The position numbers and the translations under genes are program-made. Positions 1 through 15,100 of a stretch of 64,000 bases of DNA are shown one piece after another. The stretch is from an uncultured Pseudomonadota bacterium. Its GTDB lineage: Bacteria; Pseudomonadota; Gammaproteobacteria; Methylococcales; Methylomonadaceae. The DNA is taken from NCBI GenBank assembly GCA_903847275.1, contig CAINDC010000196.1:3884-67883 (forward strand). The letters run 5' to 3'. The first letter of the stretch is position 1. Each line of letters starts with the position of its first letter. The notes beneath the pieces were generated by a model. That model had not been told where the DNA came from. It worked only from the letters and a program-made list of their open reading frames with translations, and ran no database searches.

Positions 1-1349
1 AGTTGCCAAATTTTTTCAGCAATATCACGATGTGCTTTATTCGTAACCACCATATCGGCTGGCAAACGGTGTGAAAATACGCCAACTTCTCGCGCCGTAC
101 CACACGCCGACGGTTGACCAGTTAATGAAAACGGACTATTTCCAGGTTCTGAAATTTTGCCCGTCAACAAATGAATGTTGTAAATCAGATTATTCGCCCA
201 AGTGCCGCGCGTGTGCTGATTAAAACCCATCGTCCAAAGCGAAACGATTTTACGTTTTGGGTCAGCGTACAACGCAGCAAGCGTTTTTAATTCTTCAACG
301 GGAACACCTGAAATTTCGTGCGCTTTTTCGACCGTATATTCGGCAACAAATTTTTTGTAAGTTTCAAAATCAATTGGTGTGGCATCATTCGCTTTATCCG
401 CATTTTTAGCGGCTTGTTCGAGAGGATGCGTCGGACGCAAACCGTAACCAATATCAGTATTTCCTTGTTGAAAATTAACGTGTTTTGAAATGAAATCCTG
501 ATTTACGTTGCCACTTTGAATAATATAATTCGCAATGTAATTTAAAATCGCTAAATCACTTTGTGGTTTAAAAATGAGTTTTTCGTCTGCTAAATCAAAA
601 CACCGATTTTCATAAGTCGATAACACAGCAACTTTTACATTTTCATTGCTCAAACGGCGTTCGGTAATCCGTGACCACAAAATTGGGTGCATTTCCGCCA
701 TATTTGAACCCCACAAAACAAACGCATCGGTGTGTTCAAAATCATCGTAACAGCCCATCGGTTCGTCAATGCCAAACGTCCGCATCATTCCCGTAACTGC
801 CGAAGCCATACAATGTCGCGCATTCGGGTCTAAATTATTGGTACGAAAACCCGCTTTCATCAATTTCGAGGCGGCATAACCTTCCCAAATTGTGGCTTGC
901 CCAGAACTAAACATTCCCACGGACGTTGCGCCTTTTGTGTTGAGCGCGTGTTTCCATTTTTCAGACATTACGATAAATGCTTGTTCCCAACTAATTGGCG
1001 TAAATTCACCGTTTTTGTCGTATTGCCCGTTTTTCATACGCAACATCGGTTTGGTTAAACGGTCGTGTCCGTACATGATTTTGGAAAGAAAATAGCCTTT
1101 CACACAATTCAAACCGCGATTCACTTCGGCTTCTGGATCACCTTGCGTGGCAACCACACGCCCATGTTGTGTGCCAACTAAAACGCCACAACCTGTGCCG
1201 CAAAATCGACATGGTGCTTTATCCCAGCGCACCTCATCACTTTCATTTTGTTCATTTGCCAGCGCGAGATTGGGCATATTTAAGCCAGCCACTGCTGCCG
1301 TTGCAGCAATCGCATTTAATTTAATAAATTCTCTTCGTGTTACTGTCAT
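1..1349 (-). CDS. napA: Periplasmic nitrate reductase catalytic subunit (5' part; runs off the window edge)
   Basis: Not in the ORF track; read manually. ATG at 1349 after an AGGAG RBS. Tat signal [10 protein letters not shown], 4Fe-4S motif CRFCGTGC...NRGLNCVKG, Mo-ligand region [11 protein letters not shown]. Confidence 0.97.
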   Translation of the reverse strand, partial: MTVTRREFIKLNAIAATAAVAGLNMPNLALANEQNESDEVRWDKAPCRFCGTGCGVLVGTQHGRVVATQGDPEAEVNRGLNCVKGYFLSKIMYGHDRLTKPMLRMKNGQYDKNGEFTPISWEQAFIVMSEKWKHALNTKGATSVGMFSSGQATIWEGYAASKLMKAGFRTNNLDPNARHCMASAVTGMMRTFGIDEPMGCYDDFEHTDAFVLWGSNMAEMHPILWSRITERRLSNENVKVAVLSTYENRCFDLADEKLIFKPQSDLAILNYIANYIIQSGNVNQDFISKHVNFQQGNTDIGYGLRPTHPLEQAAKNADKANDATPIDFETYKKFVAEYTVEKAHEISGVPVEELKTLAALYADPKRKIVSLWTMGFNQHTRGTWANNLIYNIHLLTGKISEPGNSPFSLTGQPSACGTAREVGVFSHRLPADMVVTNKAHRDIAEKIWQ

Positions 1350-1388
1350 TTTTCGCTCCTCTAATTAGTTTTAAACGACTCGTCGATT

Positions 1389-1616
1389 CTACTCGTCAAT
1401 GTGGTGATAAACCATTGCTGCAGTAAGGACACCTTGAATTTGTTGAACCTTGGTTAGTTGTTCCGTCAACATTTCATCTGTTTCTTGTTCCAAGGTGATA
1501 ACGATTTGGCTTTTTTCGTTCACACCGTGAATTTCAATATCGAGTTTTTTAAGATTTGTGATAACACGTTTTGTGTAAGTGGGAAGAGTGTTGATTAGAA
1601 TACCTACGATGTTCAT
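1389..1616 (-). CDS. napD: NapA chaperone NapD
   Basis: 75 aa directly upstream of napA; EIHG...IVITLE and GVLTAAMVYHH match NapD. Confidence 0.9.
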   Translation of the reverse strand: MNIVGILINTLPTYTKRVITNLKKLDIEIHGVNEKSQIVITLEQETDEMLTEQLTKVQQIQGVLTAAMVYHHIDE

Positions 1617-1797
1617 CTGACGATTCCAGATAATTTAAATGAGTCATTAAGCTACCTCAAAATGTGACAAAAGAACAAATATGAAAGTGATTTCTAATTT
1701 TTTAGACGTGTGCAAATGTTTAAGTTTTCGCGTGAACTGACTACACTATGCACCATCTCCAAATTCAAACTTAAATTTTTATAAAAAAGGATAAATC

Positions 1798-3051
1798 ATG
1801 TTTAAAAAATCGATGACGATTGCGGATTTCGACAACGAATTACACCAAGCGATTCAAGATGAACATCAACGCCAAGAAGATCACATTGAATTGATTGCGT
1901 CTGAAAACTACGCCAGCCCGCGTGTTTTGGAAGCGCAAGGTTCACAACTTACCAACAAATACGCCGAAGGTTATCCAGGCAAACGTTATTACGGCGGCTG
2001 TGAATTCGTCGATAAAGTGGAACAATTAGCCATCGACCGCGCCAAAGCCTTATTCGGTGCGGATTATGCAAACGTGCAACCGCATTCGGGTTCACAAGCG
2101 AACATGGCGGTTTTCATGGCGTTATTGCAACCGCACGACACTATTTTGGGTTTGAGTTTGGCGGACGGCGGACATTTAACGCATGGCGCGAAACCGAATT
2201 TTTCAGGCAAAATTTACAACGCTATTCAATACGGTTTGAATGCGACGACGGGCGAAATCGATTATGACCAAGTCGAAGCTTTAGCGTTAGAACATAAACC
2301 GAAAATGATTATTGCGGGATTTTCGGCGTATTCGCGCATTTGGGATTGGCAACGTTTCCGCGATATTGCGGACAAAGTGGGTGCGTATTTGTTTGTGGAT
2401 ATGGCACATGTTGCGGGTTTGGTGGCGGCGGGCTTATATCCAAATCCTGTGCCGATTGCCGACGTGGTGACAAGCACCACACACAAATCGTTGCGCGGGC
2501 CGCGTGGTGGAATTATTTTGTGCAAAAGCAATCCCGAACTCGAAAAGAAATTTGATTCCAACATTTTCCCTGGCATTCAAGGTGGTCCACTGATGCACGT
2601 TATCGCGGCAAAAGCGGTGGCGTTCAAAGAAGCGATGGAACCCGAATTCAAAATTTATCAGCAACAAGTTATCGACAATGCCCGCGCAATGGCGAACGTG
2701 TTTATGGCGCGTGGTTTTGACGTGGTTTCAGGTGGCACGGACGATCATTTAATGTTGGTGTCGTTAATTGCGAAAGGTATTACAGGCAAAGCGGCAGATG
2801 CTGCGTTGGGTAAAGCGCATATCACCGTGAATAAAAACGCTGTGCCGAACGATCCGCAATCGCCATTTGTGACCAGCGGCATTCGTGTTGGCACGCCAGC
2901 ACCGACAACACGCGGTTTCAAAGAAGCTGAAATGATTGAAATTGCTGAAATGATGTGTGACGTAATGGAAAATATGGAAGATGAAAGCGTGATTGCAGCG
3001 GTGCGCGAAAAAGTATCGGTTTTATGTAAAAAATTTCCTGTTTACAGTTAA
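1798..3051 (+). CDS. glyA: Serine hydroxymethyltransferase
   Basis: [25 protein letters not shown]-lysine motif [12 protein letters not shown]. Confidence 0.99.
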   Translation: MFKKSMTIADFDNELHQAIQDEHQRQEDHIELIASENYASPRVLEAQGSQLTNKYAEGYPGKRYYGGCEFVDKVEQLAIDRAKALFGADYANVQPHSGSQANMAVFMALLQPHDTILGLSLADGGHLTHGAKPNFSGKIYNAIQYGLNATTGEIDYDQVEALALEHKPKMIIAGFSAYSRIWDWQRFRDIADKVGAYLFVDMAHVAGLVAAGLYPNPVPIADVVTSTTHKSLRGPRGGIILCKSNPELEKKFDSNIFPGIQGGPLMHVIAAKAVAFKEAMEPEFKIYQQQVIDNARAMANVFMARGFDVVSGGTDDHLMLVSLIAKGITGKAADAALGKAHITVNKNAVPNDPQSPFVTSGIRVGTPAPTTRGFKEAEMIEIAEMMCDVMENMEDESVIAAVREKVSVLCKKFPVYS

Positions 3052-3063
3052 GTTTTACGCAAT

Positions 3064-3101
3064 AAAAAGGCGGCGTTGTGTCATACAACGCCGCCTTTTT
3101 T
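3064..3101. terminator. Bidirectional intrinsic terminator between convergent glyA and kdsA
   Basis: AAAAAGGCGGCGTTGT-gtcat-ACAACGCCGCCTTTTT perfect stem with A/T tracts on both sides. Confidence 0.9.
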
Positions 3102-3113
3102 AATGTTGATTTT

Positions 3114-3938
3114 TTACAAAACAAAACCCGATTTTTTCACCACGTCATCTAATGCCAACAACGTTTCTAATAATCCTTCCATTTCGCTTAATTTCCATGA
3201 ATTCGCGCCATCGCTTAACGCTTCGGCAGGATTCGGGTGCGTTTCCATAAATAAACCTGCAATGCCAACAGCAACCGCTGCACGCGCTAAAACAGGCACA
3301 AATTCACGTTGACCGCCTGAAGAAGTGCCTTGTCCACCAGGTAATTGCACCGAATGCGTGGCATCAAAAACCACGGGACACCCTGTTTCGCGCATTACAG
3401 CTAACGAACGCATATCAGACACCAAATTGTTATAACCAAACGATGCGCCACGTTCGCAAACCATAATTTGCTCGTTGCCTGTTGCTTTGGCTTTGTTGAC
3501 CACATTCACCATATCCCACGGCGCGAGAAACTGCCCTTTTTTGATATTCACAGGGATATTTTGCGCGGCAACCGCTTGAATAAAATTGGTTTGCCGACAC
3601 AAAAAAGCTGGCGTTTGCATCACGTCAACAACAGAAGCCACTTCAGCAAGCGGTGTATCTTCATGAACATCGGTCAAAACAGGTACACCGATTTGTTTTT
3701 TCACTTTTTCGAGAATTTCTAAACCTTTTTCAACGCCTAAACCACGAAAACTTTCGTGTGACGAACGATTGGCTTTATCGAAAGATGATTTGTAAATAAA
3801 CGGAATGTTTAAACGGTCGGTGAGTTCTTTCAAATACCCCGCTGTATCTAACGCCATTTGTTCACTTTCAATCACGCAGGTTCCCGCGATTAAAAAAAAG
3901 CGATGTTCTAAACCGACTTCAAAATTACATAATTTCAT
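3114..3938 (-). CDS. kdsA: KDO-8-phosphate synthase
   Basis: [31 protein letters not shown]. Confidence 0.98.
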   Translation of the reverse strand: MKLCNFEVGLEHRFFLIAGTCVIESEQMALDTAGYLKELTDRLNIPFIYKSSFDKANRSSHESFRGLGVEKGLEILEKVKKQIGVPVLTDVHEDTPLAEVASVVDVMQTPAFLCRQTNFIQAVAAQNIPVNIKKGQFLAPWDMVNVVNKAKATGNEQIMVCERGASFGYNNLVSDMRSLAVMRETGCPVVFDATHSVQLPGGQGTSSGGQREFVPVLARAAVAVGIAGLFMETHPNPAEALSDGANSWKLSEMEGLLETLLALDDVVKKSGFVL

Positions 3939-3957
3939 GGATTTTCTCTTTGTATTT

Positions 3958-6422
<2,465 letters not shown>

Positions 6423-6513
6423 TTATGTTTTTGAAGTTTTTAGGAAGGAGGAATTTGAAACATTTTACGCGACGATAAACAAACGGCGCAAACTGGATAA
6501 AAATAGATATTTA

Positions 6514-7026
6514 TTAGCACCCACTTGTGGCATAAGTAGTTGTTGAATTACTTGCTGTTTCAACACGAACACGACCTGTTGCAGATATAACCACAGATCG
6601 AAAATCTGAAGACGAACAAAAAATAAAATGCCCACCTTTGGCGCGACCACTTGCATCATAACTAACAAAATTTTGATATGTTCCTTTTCCTGTTCCATAA
6701 GGTGCTGTGATAGTTGCGCTGAGTGCATCAAAAGTAGCAAAAGTAGGTTCTGCTGGGAGATTTTGAACATTATTGTCATTAGTATCTACAAAAACATCCC
6801 AACCTTTTTCCCATGTCGTTTTTTTAAATACAGCAACCGATTTATGCTGTTTTATTGCTTCAAATCGTGCAAGTTGCAACGCGCTCACCATTGCATTTGC
6901 TGCTGAAGTTAATCGAGTGCTTGCAATAATTGATTGAAAACTTGGCAAACCAATCGCCATCGTCATCGAAATAATTGCAACAACGATAAGTAATTCAATT
7001 AACGTAAAGCCTTTGTTTATATTCAT
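6514..7026 (-). CDS. Type IV minor pilin, FimT/FimU (GspH-like)
   Basis: Class III signal KG/FTLIELLIVVAII; ARFEAIK and SVVISATGRVR motifs. Start moved to ATG 7026 (AGGA RBS). Confidence 0.9.
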   Translation of the reverse strand: MNINKGFTLIELLIVVAIISMTMAIGLPSFQSIIASTRLTSAANAMVSALQLARFEAIKQHKSVAVFKKTTWEKGWDVFVDTNDNNVQNLPAEPTFATFDALSATITAPYGTGKGTYQNFVSYDASGRAKGGHFIFCSSSDFRSVVISATGRVRVETASNSTTTYATSGC

Positions 7027-7051
7027 GAAGTTGACTATCCTAATAATTCTA

Positions 7052-7759
7052 TCAAGTTCCACAGCCAACAACGTGATCGCTGATAATTTCGCGTGTTGTG
7101 CCATTTACACTCGTTGAAATCACATCAATTTTATAAACTTCTTTTGGACAGGCTGGTTCAGGTAAAGTAGTTGGTGGCTCACTTCTGCATCTTAAATTTG
7201 GATTGCTATTGCTTGCATCTGGATTCGCACATAACGGATCATAAGGTTGATAACAATAATTAGCGGTATCGGAAAAAAGAGCCGCTACTTCTTCAATCGT
7301 TTTACCAGTGCAATTTACATCACCGCTTTTAGGATGACACGTTAATGTCGCGGTTGTTTTATCGTAAGAAGTACATTGCTGATAAGGTGAAAGACACGCA
7401 ACTGATGAAATGATACCGCCATCAATAACACCCGCTAAATCTATTTGTTGTTTATAAGATGCAGTTGGTGTGCATTGATGGGCATTGTTGTAAATTGAAA
7501 GTTTTGAATCTATAGGAAAATAATCATCTGATAAGTAGTTGTCATGACTTGAATAAGTATTAATAGTATTTTTAGCATTTGCCAATACAGCTTCGGTGTC
7601 TGCAAATGCTTGTGTTAAAAGTCTAACGTTTCCCGCCATTTGTAATTGCTGTTTATTTTGCTGAATCATGCGTGTTCCTGCCAATGTCAGTAATAACAGC
7701 ATCACCAAACTAAACGCTAATATCGCGCCACGTTGTTGTTTTGATCTAGAGAATTTCAT
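7052..7759 (-). CDS. pilX: Type IV minor pilin, PilX-like (Cys-rich)
   Basis: QRG/AILAFSLVMLLLLTL prepilin signal lacking Glu5 (PilX/GspK hallmark); follows pilW. Confidence 0.85.
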   Translation of the reverse strand: MKFSRSKQQRGAILAFSLVMLLLLTLAGTRMIQQNKQQLQMAGNVRLLTQAFADTEAVLANAKNTINTYSSHDNYLSDDYFPIDSKLSIYNNAHQCTPTASYKQQIDLAGVIDGGIISSVACLSPYQQCTSYDKTTATLTCHPKSGDVNCTGKTIEEVAALFSDTANYCYQPYDPLCANPDASNSNPNLRCRSEPPTTLPEPACPKEVYKIDVISTSVNGTTREIISDHVVGCGT

Positions 7760-7768
7760 TATGTTTTC

Positions 7769-8692
7769 TCAATGGTCAGCAGCACGTAAATAAATCGTTT
7801 TTGAAAAAACTTTATAAAGTCGTTTTTCATCTATTGCAGGATATTCCGTTGTGCCACCTTCTATCGACCACCCTGTTTTAAAACGTGTTAAATTTTTATC
7901 CGCACTTCGCATAACAAGAAAAACTTTAACCGCAAATACTTTTGTCCAATCCGATACATCAGCGGCTTTTGCATAATAAAACGTGTTCGCTGTTTTATCG
8001 TGAATGCCATATTTGAAAACTAATTTTTCAACTTCTGAAATCATTGGTTGAGATGTTGACTTAGACGTGCAAGACATTGAATGGTCACTGCTTTTGTAAG
8101 TGATATAAACAGGAACGACATCATACGCAGAGTATGAATCAACAATACAAATTGAATTATTTTTCTGACTTTTCGTTGAATCTAACACGAAACGATAAAC
8201 AAGAGCATTGTCTGCTCCTTTAATAATTTCGCACGTTGTAGTGCTTATTTCTGTTTTGGTACTTTCAATAGCATTTGTAGCATTTGTAGCATTTGTCGTT
8301 ACTGTTGGGCAATTTAAATCTAACCCAGAACTTAAAACGTTTGGTTGAGTTTCTGTAATTTCAGTTAGTGGTGTTCTAGGACTATCATTCTTGTCGCTGC
8401 ACGTTTTTGTAGTTGTGGATGTTGGTAAACCTGAAATCGGGGTTTTTGTAACGATTGTTTTAGAGCAACTAAAGTTTGCTCCTGATTCTGAATACCCAGC
8501 CACCAAAAGCCCCTTCGCTAAATCCTCCAAAACAAACGTACCATCGTCTGTCATATCACTTAAATTTCGTTGCATAGTGAAACTTTTTTGCGATTGAATA
8601 AATAGCTGACTAATACCTGCAACCAAAGCCAAACCAAGCATCATGCTAACCATTAATTCAATCAGCGTTACCCCCCGCTGTTTTTTAATCAT
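7769..8692 (-). CDS. pilW: Type IV minor pilin PilW
   Basis: QRG/VTLIELMVSM signal; C-terminal LVFKYG...W..V.AVKV.LVMRS...IYLR pattern. Confidence 0.9.
   Translation of the reverse strand: MIKKQRGVTLIELMVSMMLGLALVAGISQLFIQSQKSFTMQRNLSDMTDDGTFVLEDLAKGLLVAGYSESGANFSCSKTIVTKTPISGLPTSTTTKTCSDKNDSPRTPLTEITETQPNVLSSGLDLNCPTVTTNATNATNAIESTKTEISTTTCEIIKGADNALVYRFVLDSTKSQKNNSICIVDSYSAYDVVPVYITYKSSDHSMSCTSKSTSQPMISEVEKLVFKYGIHDKTANTFYYAKAADVSDWTKVFAVKVFLVMRSADKNLTRFKTGWSIEGGTTEYPAIDEKRLYKVFSKTIYLRAADH
8269..8295. repeat. 9-bp tandem repeat x3 inside pilW (encodes TNA repeats)
   Basis: TAGCATTTG three times in a row. Confidence 0.9.
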
Positions 8693-9171
8693 GGTGTGAC
8701 CTTCAAATAAAGCGTGGAATCTTTTGATAAAGCTCCCACATTTTTGCTATTTGTTCGCCCCCAACGAGTAATTAAACATAATGCAGTTCCCGTAATAATT
8801 GCACATGGTGTATTAGCTTGAGCTGTGTGACTAATTTCAACCGTTGCGCCCGTTTTAGGTTTTGAAAAAATAGCTTCGGCACTTCGCTTCCAATAACCAT
8901 AATCATTATTTGCCATTGTTTGTCCGTCACAAGGTGTGACTTTTGTACAATCACCCGTGCCAATTGTCACAGCAGCCCAATTGGCAACATTATTCCCCCG
9001 AATCCTATCCTGCATTTCATAAGCAAGCAACGTCGCTTGCTGGTAATAATAGGCATCTTGATTATCACGCAATGAAATTGCCTGTATTCCTGCTAATCCT
9101 AACAATCCAATCGCCAAAATCACCATCGAAATTAACACTTCAATCAGCGTAAAACCGCGTTGCAAAATCAC
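8689..9171 (-). CDS. pilV: Type IV minor pilin PilV
   Basis: QRG/FTLIEVLISMVILAIGLLGLAGIQ; ATLLAYEMQDRIRGN. Confidence 0.93.
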   Translation of the reverse strand: MILQRGFTLIEVLISMVILAIGLLGLAGIQAISLRDNQDAYYYQQATLLAYEMQDRIRGNNVANWAAVTIGTGDCTKVTPCDGQTMANNDYGYWKRSAEAIFSKPKTGATVEISHTAQANTPCAIITGTALCLITRWGRTNSKNVGALSKDSTLYLKVTP

Positions 9172-12100
9172 TATTTAACCACCTCTTTCCAATTCAACTG
9201 TCCGCGCGAACCGACTGTACCACTTGAGAAACAGTGATTTGTACTGGAAATTTTTACACCGCTAATAGTTGCGTTAGTCACGGTACCAAATGTCGTCGCC
9301 GTTGTTTCAGGATCCATTTCGCCACTAATAACGTTCCCGGCACTTACAACGGTGACTCCAGAAACAGTTGTGGTCGTCGCATTTTCAATAATCGCATTCA
9401 TTAATTGCCCTTTAACTCTCCGACCTTGAGTAATTGTGGTATCTGAATTGGTAATCGGTTTATCGAACTGTCCACTGGTGACGCTACCCCGCACAGGATT
9501 ACCATCACTGTCTGTACCAGAGGTAATCATTCCGTTAGTAATGGTTGCGGGTACAGGAGTTGCTGAACCCTCTTTTATTGAGGTTGGATTCGTTATTCCG
9601 CCAGTCACTTTAATGAAGCAACTTAATTTAAGCGACCCATTAGCCTCCAAACAACTTAGTTTTGTGTTTTGGGTTTTATCATCAATATAATCATTTGGAA
9701 TATCGATATAAGCTCCTGCAATTACTGCCCCCGTAATTTTTGCACCAACTACTTTGCCTTTCGTAATAACAGGTGTGATGGGGGCGCCATTTGAATCGGT
9801 ATAAGGTTCGATAACCAATGCTCCTTGTTGTTTCGTACCGTATTTCACAACCGTATTTACTAATGTGGAATTATCAAACGTTCCATCTTGTGTGGAGGCA
9901 TTTGCAATTCTTGCCCGTTTAATTGTCACGCTCGTTGTTACTGACGCATCGCTTTTAACACCTGTTACTGCGCCAGTATCATCGTAACAATAGGTGACTT
10001 CAGGAGGCAGTGGAAGCGTGACAGCTTCTTCAACCAATGCGTCAGGGATCCGAGGACATAATGGATCGTTAGCAGGATTGAGCGAATCCTGACAAGCCTG
10101 AACTGGATTTTTTGGTAACGGTGCCGTGCAATCAGCAGCATCTGCAGGAATTTTGGGATCATGACAAACTGGCGCATGACATTTACCTAAATAATAATTT
10201 TCATCGTGCTGCCAATCTACCCAGGCACTGCGTTCAATAGATTGATCTGTGCCACCATTACAAATATCAATTTTATCCGTAATAACAAGTTCTTTACTCG
10301 TTTCATCTAATACACCACTTCTCGATACATCAACGTCATAAGTTCCCGCATTTAAAATTGGAAGCTGTAATGACCATGTTGTGCCTGAAACAACAATGGT
10401 ACTTTGTGTATAGGTGACACCGCCGACAGTTACCGTAAAGGATTCGCTACCTCCTAACGTAGTACCACCTATGCTTCCTGATAATGTTATCGGTTGCTGC
10501 GCTTTGGTTAATGTCGCAATAGGGTTTACCGTTGGCGTTGGATAAACACACACTGTTCCAGCTGCGTTAGCCACCTTCGGTAATGAACACGTTGCAGTTA
10601 CTTTTAATTCACTTGTTGTTGCATCTATTAACCCCGTATCACCTGTTGCCACAACGTTATAAATACCTGCGGGTAAAACAGAAGGCGCAAATGTCCATGT
10701 TGTTCCCGTAATAATCGCATTACCTGTTGCTTGAGTTGCTCCCGTTGCATCATTTACGTTAATGACTAGTGACGTACTTGTGCCAACGTTACCACTTAAT
10801 GCAGCGGCAATTTTATCCGTTGTCGTTGCGATATTTACGGTTGGAACAGCTGGTGTGATACACGCAGTATGTGCTGAATTAATTATTTCTGGTGTGGTAC
10901 ACACTAAATTCACAACCAATTCATTGTGTGTAATATCTTTTGATGTATTTCTTGTGGCTTCAACTTCATGCGTTCCCGCTGGAATTACATCTGTCGCAGG
11001 AATGGTAAGTGTCCAATTAAGCGCATTAACCACGAGAGGATTTGTTGCCACTGCGCTTTTTGTGTAAGTTTTATTGTTCACAAGAACTGAAAAACTTTCA
11101 GTTGCTCCAAGCGCAACAACCCCAACCGTTCCTGTAATTATAGGCGTACTGCTATTTGTGTTTAGCGACATAACCGTTGGTACAGGTGTAATACACGCAT
11201 CACCTGCTGCGTTATATACTTCAGGAATCGTACACGTTGTAACAGTCAATTCATTTGGAGTCGCATCAACTAAACCAGAGTTACCTAACGCCACAACATC
11301 ATAAGTGCCAGCGGCAATCGGTGTTGAAGGTGTAAATGTCCATGTACTACCAGTAATAGTCGCAGCTCCCGTCACTTCTGGAGTGCTTTTAATCGTAATC
11401 GTCAATGACGTACTCGCTCCAGCATTACCAGACAAAGCAGGTGCAATTTTATCCAGCGTTGTTTTCGTATTAACTGTCGGAACGGCACTTGCTGTCACGG
11501 TTAATGTTCCCGTTCCAGAACCAGAAACTCCTGTTGCCGTCACGGTATAATTTCCCGCCGTAGCAATCGCTGCACTCGTGGTACACGTCCATGTTTTTGC
11601 CGCTAAATCAATTACAACTGGACATGAAATACCTGTACTTCCAATCGTAACGCCTGTTATTGACGTACTCGTTCCCAATGTACCACTCAAATGTGCAGGA
11701 GCTAAATCAGTCGTTGTTGCTGCCAACACAGTCGGTGCAATCGGCGTTTGTGTGACAGGGAATGTACAACTTGCCGTTAATGTAGTTGGAACGCCTGTTG
11801 CAGTTGCTGTGTAAGTTCCTGCAATTGGCAAAACTACCGAATCAAATGACCATGCGGTTGTCGTTGTCGTTCCACTATTCGTCTTTGTTCCCGTTGCTTT
11901 TTGTACGCCACTTGAATCTTTTACCGTAATCGTCAACGGACTACCCGTTCCGAATGTACCAGTAATAGTTGGGATTCCTGCATCTGTAACAGTCGCTGGA
12001 CAAACTATGGTTGGATTAACTGCTGATTGTGTCACAGTCAATTCTTGGGTTGTTATATCAACCAACCCCGTGTTGCCTTTCGCTTCAACGTCATAAATAC

Positions 12101-15100
12101 CCGCAACTGCAATGACTGCCGATGGCGTATAACTCCATTTTCCATCAGCTGCTGGCGTTATTGTTCCGCTAACAATCGGCGGGGGGGTTTTAATCGTAAT
12201 CGTCAATGATGTGCTTGTTCCAGCCGTACCAGTCAGCGTCGGAATTTGTTTATCCGTAAACGTTTTTGGATAATCCACCGTTGGTTTTGCTGATACGCTT
12301 AATTCGCCAGTCGTGTTATCAACCAAAGTCACAGTATTACTACCCGTGCCAGATGTTCCCGTTGCAATCACATCATACATTCCCGAAGGAATAGCCGTTG
12401 CAGGTGATCTCGTCACTGACCATGTTGTTGCACTGCCACTTTTCGTAGCGGTACCGATTGCATAAGTGACATTAGTTGTGGAATGTTTCGCTGTAATTGT
12501 TACCGATGTACTCGTTCCAAATGTACCCGTAATCGTTGGTGCAACGGTATCTGTTGCAGTTTGATTTGGGTCAATCGTTGGAAGCGATTCGCACGCTGTT
12601 CCAGCCGCATTGACTGTGGCGGGTGATGCACAGAATTTTGTTACGGTTAATTCATTAATCGTTTGATCAACTACACCATAACTATCGGTCGCGGTAACGC
12701 TATAAACACCAACTGGCAGCTTTGTTGTCGATGTAAATGTCCACGTTGTTGAACCTGACGATTTACTTGTTGCCGTACCCGATATTGATTGAGTATTACC
12801 ATTGGAATCTTTAATCACAATGGTCATCGAAGTCGCATCACTATCCGCCGTACCATTCAACGTCACCACTGTTTGGTCATCAATTGATTTTGCAGTAACG
12901 GTTGGTTTCGTTTTACAAGTTACAGCGGTTGCAGGGCAATTTGAATCCTGACTTACCCAAATCGTATCAAAGCCATTAGGTGTGTAAGAACCATCAGCAA
13001 GACATTTTGTCCTAACTGCAACTGCTGTATCTTGTACTCCATTGCTAAAGCGGCAAATTTTGATACTTTGCTTGTTACCACCACTACAGCTACTAGAGCT
13101 ACTAGTATCTTGTGCTAAATAAGCATTCCCTGTTGGTAATGGACTAGGCAGTGGATATGTTACAACAGTACACGCTTTGCCCGTTTGTGAACCACTCACA
13201 ACTAATTCTTCTGTCGTGGTATCAACTAAACCTGTATCACCCGTTGCGACGACATTATAAGTTCCAGCTGGAATTGGATTGTTTAGCTGGAAAGACCATG
13301 TTTTGTTTGAAGAATTACCGTTATAGTTTATTGAACCACTACTAGTCGCATAAGTAGCCCCCGTCGTGGAATCATTTATCGCAATCGTTACCGATGCACT
13401 TGTTCCAACATTACCAGTAAGTGTTGGTTTTGTTATGTCTGTAGCTGTTTTGCCTGCATCAACTGTCGGAACAGTGGTTGCTATCGACACAGTCAATTCG
13501 TTAATCGATATATCAACCAAATTACCATGAGCAGAATCGCCCGTTGCTGTTACGTTGTAAGTACCAGCTGTTGTGAGAATCGCAGGCGTATAACTCCACG
13601 TTGTACCACTTGGCGTTATGGTGCTAGACGTTGCCATCGTTGCACCCGCTGAATTTTTAACCGTAATAATTAACGATGTACTTGAGCCAAGAGTTCCTGT
13701 TAATGTCGGTGCCACGGAAGTTGTTGTACTTACTGCATCTACTGTCGGAACAACCGTTTCCGACACAACCAATTCGTTAGATGTTCCATCAACTAAGCCT
13801 GTTTCGCCAGTGACAATGACATCATAAGTTCCTGCTGGAAGTTTATTTGGGGTTGTCACTGACCAAGTTGTTGCCACGCCGCTTTTAGTTGCGGTATTGA
13901 TTGGGTAAATGACGTTGGTTACTGAATTTTTTGCCGTAATCGTAAGCGTGGTGCTTGTTCCGAATGTACCTGTAATTGTCTGCGTTGCAGTTGTTGTGGC
14001 TTTTTGATTAGGGTCAACCGTTGGATTAACTGCCGCTTGCGTTACGGTTAATTCATTTAATGACGTATCAACCAAACTGCCATGAGCAGAATCACCTGTC
14101 ACGACAACGTTATAAGTCCCCGCTGTTGTAATGACTGCTGGTGTATACGTCCATGTGCCAGCAACTGAATTGATGGTTGCCGCGCCACTTAAACCATTTA
14201 CCGTCACGGTTAATGATGTACTTGTTCCAACTGTACCGCTAAGAGCTGGCGCAACAGCTGTTGTCGAAGTGGCTGTATTTACAGTGGGTGCAACGGTAGC
14301 AGTAACCGTTAATGTTCCTGTACCAATTAAACCCGCGATATTACCTGTTGCCGTGACGGGATATGTATTTGCCGCAAGTGCTGTTGGTAATGTGTACGAC
14401 CACGTTGAACCCGTTACAGTTGCCGCGCCACTCACACCATTCACACTAACTGTAATGGCGGTGCTTGTGCCTGTTGTACCTGTTATGGTTGGAATTTGTT
14501 TGTCATTGAAAGTAATGGGAGTCACAGTTGGGACAGTCGTTGCGCTTACCACTAATTCATTGGTTGTGGTATCCACTAAACCTGTATTACCCGTTGCAAT
14601 GACGTTGTATGTGCCATTAGGTAAAATTGCGGGCGTATAAGACCATGTTCCCGCACTCAAATTAACAGTTGCCGCGCCACTCACACCATTGACGGTAATT
14701 GTTAATGATGTACTTGTTCCGAGTGTACCGCTTAACGATGCGGCGATTTTATCGTTCGTGGTTGTGCTGTTGATAGTCGGAACAGAAGGTGTAATACACG
14801 CAGTTCCTTGGGCATTAAAAATTTGTGAAGCTGAACACGCTAAAGTCACTGTTAATTCATTCGTTGTGGCATCTGTTAAACCTGTATTGGTAGTCACAAC
14901 AACATCATAAATGCCGATAGGTAAAATTGCAGGTGCATAAGTCCAACTTGTACCACTAATGGTTGCTGTACCGCTTGCTGCTGTTGTACTGTCCGCTGCA
15001 TTTTTCACTGTAACAGTGATAGATGAACTCGTCCCAACTGTTCCACTTAATGCAGGTGCAAGTAATGTAGATGCCGCTGCGGTATTTACGGTTGGACGAA

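Noticed and set aside
892..1368. Plus-strand ORFs 892..1095 and 1147..1368
   Set aside because: Antisense shadows of napA, which the ORF track missed because it runs off the window.
1647..1680. FNR-like (TTGAG-N4-CTTAA) and CRP-like (TGTGA) sites upstream of napD
   Set aside because: Three mismatches to the FNR consensus and only one CRP half-site; not distinguishable from chance in AT-rich DNA.
1617..1797. Riboswitch (ZTP/glycine) upstream of glyA
   Set aside because: No recognisable conserved core or structure.
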